Shown in pieces: positions 1-12,425 of a stretch of 64,000 bases of DNA. Under the pieces are notes generated by a model, which worked only from the letters and a program-made list of their open reading frames with translations, was not told the origin of the DNA and did not search any database. The DNA is from Adineta vaga (Eukaryota > Animalia > Rotifera). Both the position numbers and the translations under genes were made by a program. The DNA lies in contig CP075495.1 in assembly GCA_021613535.1 (NCBI GenBank), positions 310,001 to 374,000 on the forward strand, in the 5' to 3' direction. How positions within the stretch are numbered: position 1 is the first letter of the stretch; every line of letters begins with the position of its first letter.

Positions 1-1124
1 CATGAGATACCGTCGACTATTATCTATCCTACTTTCAACAATTTATATTTTCATAATACATTTCGGGCGTACTTTAGAAAATAACATCCTTATTCCAACT
101 GAAGTTTATTAGATTGAGATGCTTTGGATAAAGTAAGTGTTTATTGTGCTTGGAAAAACTATGTCTCTAAAACTTTACAACATTTATTGACATAATTTCT
201 AGTTATTGGAAGTATCATAACTGCCAGTATGAATAGTAGTGCTTCCTATATAGTTACTTTAGATTTCATCTCAATTTTTCCTTTGTCACTAGCCTCTGAT
301 GGTCTATTCTAGAATAATCTGAATCTTTTTAGAACTGTTTTGGCTCCTAAGATTGAAATGCATTCCAAATAGTTGAACAGGACAGATATAATATTCTGAT
401 TTTAGTGTTGAATAATCCAAAAATAGTCTTTTGCTGACCAAGATCTTTAATAATATTCGATTGTCTCATTGGTTATACAACGACTCTTTCTCATGAGATC
501 GATACAATATACTTTTTGGAATTTTTTCGAATGTATTGTAGCGAATCGATGAATTTAATATTTTTTTTTAATATTTTTTGTTCTCTTTCTAACAAATTAT
601 ACTTCCATAAATAATTGTCTTTCGTCCACGCTTTTTTGTTAATGTAAAATAGCGTCTACTGTTATAGTATGGGGAGATTGTTTGAAAACAATCAGTCGCA
701 TAGTATTCGTATGGTAAATAGAAACTAGCCATGAAAGTATATAAAAAAGTCAATTAACTCCTGTCTTTACTAGCTAGATTCCTGCAGAACTAGTCGAACT
801 GAGCTAGAACTTCAACACGATCTGATGGAATTCAGAACCGTAAGAACTTCCTCTTTGTTGTTATCGATTGGTTTCTTGAATGAAGACAACAAAAAAATAT
901 TCGTTGTTAGATCGAATTGTTTCCTATATTTAACACTGCAAAGTCGCATCAAAACAATCAAATCTGAAAAAGGATGTGCACAGATCAAGAGTTATTTCAC
1001 TTTCTTCACGTGTATTAGTTCATACAACGATAACAGCTACATCACCAACATCACTTCTTAGTACGACCTCCTAAAAATGGTATGCTGGTACCAGACTGCA
1101 GTCTTTTTTCCATCACTTAGGAGG

Positions 1125-2040
1125 GAACCGCTCGAAGTGTCGAACGTCGATTTCATTCATTCATATGCAGATCGATAGAGCGCATCGCAATGGAAAAAGA
1201 TCATTTATTTGTAATTTTCAATATTACAAAGTGAGTCGCGTTGCGGTTTAATCCAATACATTTTAGATTACTTCGTCGGCTCACTCCAAATTTGTAATGT
1301 TTTCTAGCTATTGCGAGCAATCACACTACTGTACATGATCAGTGTTACTTTCTTTTCGGTTTAGGCAGTTCAATGTTTTCTGTTTTAGTTTTCGTCTTTT
1401 GTCAAATGTCGTTTTTAATCAAAATTTTCATGTTTTATAAATGCTGTGTTTATTGTAAGCTACGTGTCACTCGTTGTTCTTGATTTCTGTTGATGTATAA
1501 TCAAGATAAAAATTGTGTAAAGCACCTTTGAGGACGAAATTTTGTTTTTGAAAGGTTTTTGATGAAAAAATTATCTTTTTCATACGAGCAGTATATACAT
1601 GGCAAATCTATCGTGAATGGCGTCTATTCTTGGTTTAACCACAAAATATTCCACATGAAGGTGAGTTTCCTTCATTTCAAAGCTCTCAAATAATAAGCAT
1701 TTTTTTCTAGAAAAAGACTTCTAGTTTGTTAGTGATAATAAAAAATCTAATATATCAAAAATGAAACCACGAAATAACCTAAAGTTTTTAAATCATACAG
1801 CAACGCGTATGAGCTTGTAGCGTTATAAAATTTCAAGTGTAAACGTCCTTTTCTGACTGAACTGTAAGATTTTGAATGTTCATCCATTTTGACTGTAAAA
1901 AGCAAAGAAATAACTCTAACTTTTCAATAATTAGTTATCAACTCAAATGCTTTTGGTCTTTTCCCTATCTCGAAGCCCTCTATCAGCCGAAATACGAGTG
2001 AATGGAATTGACGACGGGCATATTGGGCGATTTCTTTTCC
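1125..2040. repeat. Degenerate MITE-like inverted-repeat element
   Basis: 1144-1200 (cgtcgatttcattcattcatatgcagatcgatagagcgcatcgcaatggaaaaaga) is an imperfect reverse complement of ~1957-2013. No coding capacity; ends approximate. Confidence 0.45.
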
Positions 2041-2999
2041 AGCCCAGATCAGTAACAATGTGAAAGTACGATAGTGTGTGGGCATACTAGATCACATCTC
2101 AAAAGAGCTCAAAATATTTTATAAACGAAAAAATAATGTTACTTTCACGATTATTCTGAACATTTCCAGCATTTCTATGTGAGTGAGCAGTGTTCATAAC
2201 TTTCTAAAAGCATTACCACGGTGGGCGCCCGAATTCATTTAGTTGGCCATTACAAATTTTCAGACTTTTTAGTTTACAGCTCGGTGTAGCTGTAATCGAG
2301 TCTTCCGTGATATGTTATCAGTAAGTCACATAAGTTCGAGTGATTATAGCACAACCGAATGATGGCCCATCTTACTCTGTTATATTTTGCAGTGGTGTCA
2401 AAAGTTGTTCGGAAGCTGTCGCAAAAGTTAGGAAATTTTTAATACTTTAAATATCACAGCGCTATTCTATATGTTACAATATGATATTCATGGCGTGTCT
2501 GTCTCACCTATGAGCTTTTGAAATGTCACTAGTTTATTAGGCCAAAAGTTGACTGTTTTTGGTCTTAACCACAAACATTTTGGAATTAAATGTATCTAAC
2601 GATAGGAAGTGAGCTTTCAATAATAATTATGTTTTATTGAACAAGATATTTCTTGTAATACTCCGCAGTTTTTTTAATTTTTTGAGTTCTTACAATTGGG
2701 CGAAGCGAGAGACTAAATGACTCCAAGCAATTAAAAAAGTGCTTATCTTTATATGGTTTTATTAGCTAGCCGAGTCCAAGAATCGCCATATACATATGGG
2801 TCAAAATACTGTGTCCTTTTTGTGTTCTGAGGGAAAATGTCAACGTCAATTCATTTAGTGTATTTTATGAAAACCCTTAGTTTGAAGCAAAAAGTAGGTA
2901 AGAATGTCCTCTGGTATATTGTCCATCTATCTGCAGACTGGGCTCAAAACGCAGTATGAAACAGTTACTCTGTTTTTACAAAGGGATGCTCTGCATTGC

Positions 3000-4470
3000 C
3001 GGGTGAGGCGAAAGTTTTTCAATAGTTTTATTTCACATATGTTTCAACCATACAATTGTCTATTATATTTCAATCTGAATTTAGAGAAAAAAAATAGACT
3101 TTGTTTCGAACCGAAAGTAAGAAACTAAGGGAACTAACGAGGCTGCGAAGCTTATAAGATGACTTCGTTGTTATTTTATGATGATCGGTAGTGTGTATAG
3201 GTCCACTCTTCATAGCCAGAGTCTAAACAACAACTTTCATCGAAGAAAAGATGGTTCAATACGAAAGAGAATGAAATGTTTTGGACGAAGAAATTCGAAT
3301 GTATATGACTTTATGAAAATCTTTTTTTAGTAAAGCCTTCAGATTTATCGATTATGTTGTTATATTCTGTTGATAATTACAAGTTCTCTTAGCCCCTTAG
3401 TTCCCTTAGTTCCTGTAGTGATCTGGAAGTTCAAATAATGACAAGGGTGATGAAGGTAACATCTTATTGAGGGTGAATTTATTTGTTTTAATTCAAAAGA
3501 CTATTCTCAGGAAAGTTAATGTTTCTTAGTATATTCATTGTGAAAGATGTTGATTTGTTGGTTCCCTTAATTCTCGTTCTAAATATGTGTACGAAGGTCG
3601 ATTATTTTCCAAAATTCAATTTAAAATATAAAAGACCATAGAGTCATTTCAACGTACATCAAGCGGTAAAGTTTTACATTTTTCTAAAGATGCAACTTAA
3701 AAGACTCTACAAGAATGCTAATAAGAAGTCTTTTTGTCTTGTTGCAATGGTGTTTTCCATACTCAAAACAGAAGACCCACATGACAGTGCCGTGTCCCAT
3801 TGACTCTTATTTATAGAAAAGCGGTTCGAGACATTTTTTATTTTATAAAAGGACCTTATTAGTACATTTTATATATACATTACTTCTCCCTAATAACGAC
3901 ACAAAAATGAAACTTTATTTGTTTTTATTCGCGTTCATTTATTTGACGATCTATTTCAAACAACTTTATATTTGGGGAATCTTTGAATGACGCTCTCTTG
4001 AATGATATATTTTCGATCCATTTTCTCATATGTTTTCATGGAGATATCACCGGTCTACGATCATGACATCTTGCTGTCGTTATTAATGACACAAATTAGG
4101 TGGACGACTTTATCAAAACGAAAAATCAGCTGGGCGTCGTTATTATGGGAGTAGCGTGTAATAACGACAGCAAGACATCATGATCGTAGACCGGTGATAT
4201 CTCCATGAAAACATATGAGAAAATGGATCGAAAATATATCATTCAAGAGAGCGTCATTCAAAGATTCCCCAAATATAAAGTTGTTTGAAATAGATCGTCA
4301 AATAAATGAACGCGAATAAAAACAAATAAAGTTTCATTTTTGTGTCGTTATTAGGGAGAAGTACTATAGCTTTTCATGACACACCTTCTTAAAAAACCAA
4401 TATTTTTTCATTGACCTATGTCGAGATAGATAGGAGACGAAAAGTGTTTCAAAACTTTCGCCTCATCCTA
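3000..4470. repeat. Nested stack of non-autonomous DNA-transposon relics
   Basis: gggtgaggcgaaagttttt (3001) pairs with aaaactttcgcctcatcc (~4451-4468). An inner pair gaaactaagggaactaacgaggct (3121) / agccccttagttcccttagttcc (~3391-3413) lies inside, as does the 3883-4361 foldback. Confidence 0.45.
3883..4361. repeat. Near-perfect foldback/palindromic MITE flanked by TA
   Basis: ~205-bp arms (3881-4085 vs 4159-4363) are almost exact reverse complements (ta-cttctccctaataacgac ... gtcgttattagggagaag-ta) around a ~70-bp spacer. Confidence 0.9.
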
Positions 4471-7308
4471 TATATCGACTTCTGCTCATGTGAAAATTGA
4501 ACAGTTGAGTGTACTAATGTATGTAATCGTCTGATGAGACTACTACAGCTTATTTTATGATCTTGATGAATATTTGTATAGTTTTTCTGTGAAACAACTC
4601 TTTCTACTTTGAAACAGATGTTTCAGAACGTCGGGCTAAATATATCCAGTGCAAAATTTTGATGATTCTCTTTATGTATGATACATATGATCGACCAGAT
4701 TACTCGGCAAATGTATTATGTATTTGTTCAGTATATTGAACGATTTTTTAGGGTTTTCTCTCGTAAAAATACACGGTTTGACACAGTTTCAATGGACATC
4801 AGAAACATTTAACAACTGAAAGTGGCTTGTGTCTTTTTCAATACTACTTGTTATATCATCATGGCCTATCGTTGCATTGATCTCTATTATCCAACTAACG
4901 TAATCATAGTGCGTAATTATTTTTATGCCTTTTGAAAGACAGTTTGGGATTTCCAGTGCTGAAATGTTCCACAAGAATTCATCTTTTTAAGCATGGACAT
5001 TTGATACGAAAATTATAGCATGTTTTATGAGAAACAGGGGAAATAAAAAGAAAGTTTTTTTGTACCCTTTATCAGTAAGGGAACAGATTTGTTTTCTGCT
5101 TAGGTTAGATTGTGTGCATTGCAACAGTAGAGTATACTTTCGAGTTTATAATTTACTGAGTGGTTGCAAATGTCAATCAAAACCAAGAAACTAATAAATA
5201 AAATTGAAAAATGGCTTATATACCTATCTAATCGAAATACTTATTGTTTCATACAAAACCATAAAAGAATCTATCGGTCTGATTCATGCTTGACCAAAAT
5301 AGTGTTTCTTTCCGTCATCTATCTCATTCCAGAGCCCCTAAATATTGGTTCTGTATACAACAGAAATGTTCCACGGATAGCTCTGAGTATGAGTAGAAGC
5401 TACACCGACGAATCTCCCGGCAACCGCCTTCTTCGGAGAGTATCGTGTCAATACAGGATTAAAGGTCAGTTATTGAGTATCATCTAGCTATTTCCAACAT
5501 CTATTGCATGAGTGTTATTACATTGGGCAGTGTGTCCTTTGAAACTCGTTGATATTAGGGACACAGCATACTCTAAGAGGAGAAGGTAGTTTCACCAAAT
5601 TCTCTGCAAAGGTTTCATAAATGTACAAAAGCATCCAAAAGTCTTGAAAAACAATTATTAAACTTTAACAAACCTTATAGGAATCGAAGTGCCCGCATAG
5701 GCCTAAACCATATTCTACAAAGCTCTTTTTTGAGTTAAATATGAAAAAAAAAGTTTTATACGGAGAGTCAGTGCCTTTTTCTGTTGTATAGATTTTCGTG
5801 CTAGTAACCAGTTAAAATTAGCTATAACTTCGATCCTTTACAGTAACTAGTGCACGGAAGATGCTATGGATTAGTAAAAAGATCTGGGTCGGAACTTTTA
5901 ATATTTAACGGGTCCGAGTCCAAAAAAACGTGGGTCCACAGCTCGTTTATGGTCGCACTCAGTTACTACGAAGGTTGTATAGATTTTATTGATTATTTCG
6001 TATGCTCTAGTATTTTGTATAAATCTATGTTATCTTTTTCTACGGCTCGGTAGAATCATCTTTCTTTTAGAGTTTATGCTGAGAATCAATCAGATTCAGG
6101 CTGTTTCACACAAATTGATATTCAAGAAACACAAACTCAATGCAGGCAAATTTCGTTCTATTTATTCAAAGTGATTTCTACAAAGATTTTCACAAAATTG
6201 TCATTTTTCATGTCAGATCTTGAAAAGAGACCTATTGTTAACATTGTTGAAATTCATAATTTTTATTAGAATGTATAATATCGATTATATGATCTTATTC
6301 AAAAGCAAAAGTTTTAGGAACTTACTTTTCAGAAATTATTATGACGTTAGCTGTATGATGTATGTGTGAATCGTTTAATTTTCGGAAGTTTTTGATATAA
6401 TGATTGAAAATCAAAAGTATTTTGTCATAAAAACAATATTCTGTTCCGAGTTTTGTTTTTTATGCATGATTACATCTAACAGAGGAAGAGAATACGTTCC
6501 TGACAATTAAAAACGACTTGTCAAAGGTATGATTGATTGATCGATACATGATCCATTCGTAAAAAGAGTTTTCTTTTTGTCCTACGAGTATACAAAATCC
6601 ATTGAAAACTTCACATAATTGAAATTAGAGGAATATAAGTCTTATGTGGAAACTTACTAGTTTATAAATTCGAAGCTGTGAAAACTATTTAGTCTTAGTA
6701 AAAGAAGTTTGATGAGGTCATATTTTCAATCATTAGTATTATCATAGATTTCACATTTACTATTCTATAAACTTTTCTTATCTGGTAGGGTGATATAAAT
6801 AAAACAATAGCAGTGAATTCGAATAGTATATTCTATAGATATGATAGAACTCCAAGCTGACAACTGAAGAAATAGATTGTCTCTCATGAATGGAATGGCA
6901 AAATTTTATCGAAACAGGAAACTAGAATTTCTTGGAAGTTGTTGCTGATAAAGAGTATTTAGATGTATCAGCATTAAACTAAATTAGCTACTTGGTTCTA
7001 ATTCTTTTTCGCAAAACATCTCAACGTTTCAGTGTTTCCAGCAGATGTATATTTAGTAGAACATCTAGAGCAAATATAATGGAGTTTAATCTGTTAAATA
7101 TAGGGTAAAGTAAATGGACGGTTTTATCAGATAAGAATTATTTGAACGAAGAACATTTTTCACCAAAAATAAATAGAAAAAAGTTTAAATATAAATCTTG
7201 AGGGTGTGGATGTGGGTGTGGGTGTGCATATACGTATACGAGGAATATCGGCACTCACACCGACACGCACACTCTCTGTCTTTTAAAGAGTACGACCTGA
7301 ATGCATGA

Positions 7309-7948
7309 TAGGGTCCAGCGAGATGAAGGTTTTTTGTCCCGATCCCGAACCCATTTTCTAACGGCAAACTCGTCCCGGTCCCGTTTATACCTGTTTTTGC
7401 GAATCAGTCAGACATATTTTTCAAACTCATGTCAGATGAGACATCATTCGATAGCATTGCATGCTATTGTGATTTTTAGACAGAAAAGTGACGTTTAAGT
7501 ATACATTCTAATATCTTTGTCAATTATGTACTTTACCAAACTATTTTGTCAACTGCTGGGGTAGAAATTTTTATTGAAAGCGTAAAAAGCATACAACATA
7601 TCGCAAATGAAAGAGGAGGATAGATGGAAGACAAGGTCAATAAGGACGAATAAATATGGTGAAGAAAAGAAAGAGATCATATGACTGAAAACAATATATC
7701 TAACGATGAAATCATATTACTATACACGCCAATACCAACCATACAGAAGTTAATTTTTCCTCTACATTTGATTTCTTTCTATTATGATGTTTTTATTAAA
7801 GATTATAACAAAAACTTTAAAAATGTTACATTTTGATATGAAATAATTAAGTAGGCCCCCAAAATGTTCATCTTAGTCTCGATTCCGGTTCCGACGGGAA
7901 TGGGACCGAGTTCGGAAAAAAGGATCGAGACAGTCCCGCCGGACCCTA
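7309..7948. mobile_element. hAT-like MITE, TAGGGTCCGGCGG family, copy 1
   Basis: Termini tagggtccagcg / cgccggacccta with subterminal tccc/ggga-rich motifs. Same termini as 36461-37172. TSD not evident. Confidence 0.6.
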
Positions 7949-7984
7949 TTGGACACCTCGAACGCGTCCCTCGTTCGGCTGTGT

Positions 7985-10415
7985 TCAGAGAAATTTCTGA
8001 ATTTCAGCAAAACAGGGCAGATCCCTAATTTTCAATATTTGGCGAGCAACTTGATTACTAGTGGTGATATCACCACCGGTTTCAACAAAAGTTTTGTAGT
8101 CAACAAGGTGTGATAATACTTCTGGAGACCTCTGAGCGCGATGAAATAAATGTCCAATTGCTGCATCGCGAAAGTACCACTCGAACGATGGTAATTTATA
8201 ACAGTCACTCAACAGTAAGTCGCTTCTCACCCAAATGAGATCTAAGTATCCAACTCTTCCTACCATAGTGTATCCGTATGCCTCAGCAACCATACGCAAT
8301 GCACCCGCACTTGCGCCCCAGGCGCATTCCTGAAATCTAAAGGTGAAATTTCTTAAGATATGTCGATCTCCAATTATCGTTGGATCGATTAAAGTCACTG
8401 TATCTGTAATTGGATAATTTGAATTATATTCGGTAGTGATTACTCGTGGTCTATAACCGGCTTGTAAAATTGAACGAAGTACCCATAAATCATGTGAATC
8501 CATATCACAGGAAATATAATCAAGATCCTTGGGGACCGTGTTTTCTGCAAAGATGCTGACGATATTATTGGCAAAGAGAAAGTATTTTTTTAAGTTGATT
8601 TTCTCATTTTGATTGTTACCATCCAGCAACAAACCGCGCCAACCGCCTTCATGTAACAACCGCGTATTTGCCCCACTTCCGCCAGAACTATAGTTGGGTT
8701 CATTAAAACCAAACTCAACGAAATATTTATTTGTACTCTGAATGATTGAAAATATTCTTTCTAAATACAGATCCTGCGATCCTTGCGAATATGGACCCTT
8801 TAAATTAGTCCATCGATGCATATCATAAATCCATCTTGAAGTCGCAACGCAGTTTGGCAGGACATCATTTTTCTAATATATCAGAAAAATTAATAATTTG
8901 CTGTGACGAATCGAATGCACAAGTATATGAAAGAAACATGAAAGTGTATTTGAAGGGTGAGAGTGTGGGGGAAGAGGGTAGCCAAACCATACCAACTATC
9001 ATACTACACCTACACCTATATACATATTACCATGATCTACTGGATGTCGTGTTGAAACTAGCAAAATGAATCGCTATTAAACTGTCAACAGATTTTAAAG
9101 TTATGTTAACATATTATTAAAAAATACCAATAAACTACGACTGGGTCAAAGGGAGAGGGTGAGCGTGGTGTGTGGACGGTGGGGTGGACGAGGGTGTGCG
9201 TAATAGTATGGAATCCATAAAGACACCACACCCACACTCACACCCACATCCTCTATAAGAGAAATATCCTAAACTGAAAGATCTGACTTTTTCTGGTATA
9301 TTCCGAACAATTTTGGTCGTCTCCAATTACGGAAGCTCAAAAGTCAAAGTAAAAATCAGATGATTTCCTGCTTTGTAGTCTTGCTCTCGTTCTTTTATTA
9401 GTTCACGAGACATTTCTATAAAAAAGAATGCTTTCGCTTAAATTTACTGACCGGTTTTGTAAGACGGGATTAGTGTCTCAGCATTGTGTCATATTTTTTG
9501 ACTCATGGTTCTCTTGAAAAATACACTCAAAAGTCTGCTCGACAACAGCTGAAAATTTATCTGAACCACATCAAAAATGTTCCAAGATATGCTGTCGAAA
9601 ATTTTAAAGCCTCCTCGATTTTCGAAACCAAACTGTTCTTCTGTTAAAAAAGTCAGTCTTGGAAACCTTCTTAACCCTTGCAGTACCAGCCTTTTTACGT
9701 CTTGACTGCAATTGTTCTTCTAATCCAAATAATGAGATTTTTAGATCTGATTTCATAGAGACCATGTCAAAACAATGATCTTTTTAATTTCTGCGAAAAA
9801 TTCAAAATACATCTCAGATTTTGTTACTCAAAAAGATCCATTTACTTTGGCTGGGGTCAAAAATGACCCCGGCTGGTACTACAAGGGTTAAAAACAAAAA
9901 TTTTGTCTTCGAGAGTAATTCCGAGTTCGTTTGTATTTACTAAGATGCGAAATTTTTTAGAGTGTTAGATTCAGGTTGTAGAATGAAGTGATAGTGTTGT
10001 CGCACAGAACCGCATAGAACATCAACATAGTCCTTTGATTCGTGCTCTGGTTACTTCGTTGATATACTCAGTGATATGAAAGTAACACGAAGATTTCGAT
10101 GAGTCCAAAGGAAAGTATCTAGACTATGAGGTAAGAAGGTAGGGCACAAGGCGCTGATAGCTAAATTTATTTCCATACTCACGCACTCTCACATACACGT
10201 TCATTACACTGTCAATAGATGTTGTAGAAACTTACCAAACTGGAATCAGAAAAATTCAGTACCGCCAATGTTGTGAGAAAACCAAGTCGTTCAGTCTTTG
10301 TGAGCTGGTAGCTAAAACCCAGTATTATGACACAGACAGTGATAAGCAAGAACCCTTTTAATAGTTTCACTGACTCACAGTGTGAAAAGAGTTTTTCAAA
10401 TGAAGGAATAAACAT
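7985..10415 (-). CDS. Type II membrane-anchored SAM-dependent methyltransferase-like protein (FkbM/Methyltransf_21-like); 2 exons: 10415-10236, 8872-7985
   Basis: Exon 2 motifs YSQGSQD, FVEFG, GWRGLLLDG, LDYISCDMDSHD, RPRVITTEYN, GASAGAL. Exon 1 encodes a hydrophobic signal-anchor and ends at TTG|GTAAGT. Acceptor tatattAG|AAA AAT GAT joins in phase 0 with no stop. Confidence 0.75.
9675..9887. mobile_element. 213-bp piggyBac-type MITE in the methyltransferase intron
   Basis: TTAA|CCCTTGCAGTACCAGCC ... GGCTGGTACTACAAGGG|TTAA (17-bp TIR, 1 mismatch). Subterminal palindrome GGGGTCAAAAATGACCCC. Confidence 0.9.
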
Positions 10416-10839
10416 TATTAGCAACAATTTGTAAAGTTTCTATAATCTTCCATAAGAATATAACTAATGTATGAAAAATTCAGACGGTGGGCACGTTGCT
10501 TCGACTACTTCTATCTTAGATTATTTTTGATCCCCCAACGACTATTTGAGGGTTTGCATTAGGGTGTGGGTGTGAGTGTGCACATTGATTAATTATCTAC
10601 ACCTACACCCACGCCTACTCTATTTGTTGATCTTCTAGTACAAATTGAAAACTCTTTTTAATTGTACTATTAGATTGAATTCATCGACTCGACATGTATC
10701 AGTATAGTCCAACTGGATTTCTAGCAAAAAAGTGTCAAATGATCTTCTAACTAAGACTCATCAATTTCACTAGGTCCTGAATCGATTGGATGGCATCCAG
10801 TCCTAACTGGTGCCATGTCGGACTGGTACTGAATGCATA

Positions 10840-12144
10840 CCTAACATCAACTGACATCATCATACAATTCTGCGGCTTTCAAATGGCCAGTACACATAAA
10901 AGTAAGGTACCATACACTGTAGAAAAAAAGCGTAGAATTACAAACTCTCGAAAAGGATTGATGGTCGCGATATGAACCCTTTTGTGAAACACGATCTGAA
11001 AGAGAGTGTTTAAGGGTAGAAATCTGCCCCCCCCCCCTCACAGGCGTGATCGACACAAGCAGCGATTCATCACAGACGTGACCGACAGACTAACAACCCC
11101 ATTACGACGTTACCGGCATACGCAATGACCTCATGTTGAGTGTGCGCGCGCGGTTGAGCGTAGCTTATTTACACTTTAGACTTACCCACAGTAACCCTCA
11201 TTCAAGTACACCCTCTATTCATTTATCTGTGAAAACTATCACAGATAATTCAGATTTTGGCAATAATTAGGGATGTAACAATACCAATACTTCCAATACA
11301 AATACCAATACTCCAATACGGTATTGGTATTGTTACATCCCTAGCAATAATGTAAACGCAGAACAATTATTGATTAGAGATCTCCGTTGCAATAATAGAA
11401 ACAGATTTATCGTGTTTCACATTTCTAATCCCACTACGGATTGCGCTGAAAGCATTTTATGTTTATAAATGTTGGTAAGGGTTTCTTATGCGTTGCACTT
11501 TCATAAACCCTTTAGGGTAGATCAGCATTCATGTACCCTTTAGAAGAACCGTAGAAAAGAAAAGCGGTTTTCGAGAGTTTATGAAGTTAATGAACCCTTT
11601 AAGGGTATACGAACGTGGAACGTATAAAATACCCTTCCTATAACTCATAAGATTAATAAACTCCTTGAAAGGGTTTATTATTCTGCGCTTTTTTTACTGT
11701 GTAATAGCTATCTTACCGAACTCTTTTAAGGTACGCTTTCGTCGATGTAATTTAAATTTTGGCGATATTATTTCGACTAAACAAGTCTATCAGATTAGTT
11801 TTGAGTCGATAGAAGTCACGAAAAATGCATCTCCTGATGAAGATCAGATAGAGGGTGATAAGAGATCAGGAAATGTCTCATAATGGTGAAAGTTTGCGGC
11901 AAAAGTTTGAGGAGGAACTAATAGGTTAGAAGGTCTATATATATGGCATAGCCAGTTTTAACGAATTTGTATTTTTCATTCAACTATCAGGAAAACGGAA
12001 ATAGGATACAAGGTCGATAGGTAGCACTTATGTACTCACACACTCCCATGCCACTGGCTGATCATCATTCGGTGTTGCTGAATTAAAAAATTACTTTTTT
12101 ATTCATTAATATAGGGTTTCTACAATTTTGGCATACTCTGTAGT
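10840..12144. repeat. Interrupted copy of the 37.5-38.9 kb repeat family; left flank (target) of the Helentron
   Basis: 10845-10915 matches ~38265-38335, and ~11770-12144 matches ~38380-38752 (e.g. gcatctcctgatgaagatcagatag; tactcacacactc; catactctgtagt vs cataccctgaagt). The continuation reappears at 29740-29826. Confidence 0.75.
11268..11343. mobile_element. 76-bp hAT-type mini-MITE
   Basis: TIR tagggatgtaacaataccaatac / gtattggtattgttacatcccta (23 bp, perfect). Perfect 8-bp TSD gcaataat (11260-11267, 11344-11351). Confidence 0.92.
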
Positions 12145-12425
12145 GGACAAGTAACGCTCGTCGTGCCGACTCACTTAACCCTCGACTGTGGAGGACAGAT
12201 ATTTTTTGAGTGTCGCAATAGTGAGACGAATTGACCTAGCAACTTTACATATGAGGAAATGGTTGAAGTGCTTTTACTGAAGTATTTATTACTCTTCGAA
12301 AACAAAAGTACTCGATTTTTCTAATAAAATCAACGAGAATAAGACGTATTTTTCATTGTGATCTTACAACAATATCATGAGTACTAGCAGTCAGGTCCAA
12401 AATTAAACAAAGCAAACAAAGATCG

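Noticed and set aside
1-760. Possible decayed Tc1/IS630-like transposase on the minus strand (fragments such as TIHTGS, LNLINFSW)
   Set aside because: Too degenerate; no intact catalytic motif or TIR can be shown without a search.
4789-5030. Short minus-strand coding-looking fragment
   Set aside because: Contains a stop and no recognisable motif.
10090-10120. gatgagtccaaagga resembling a hammerhead ribozyme core
   Set aside because: Lacks the CTGA start and the GAAA after stem II; no closing stems found.
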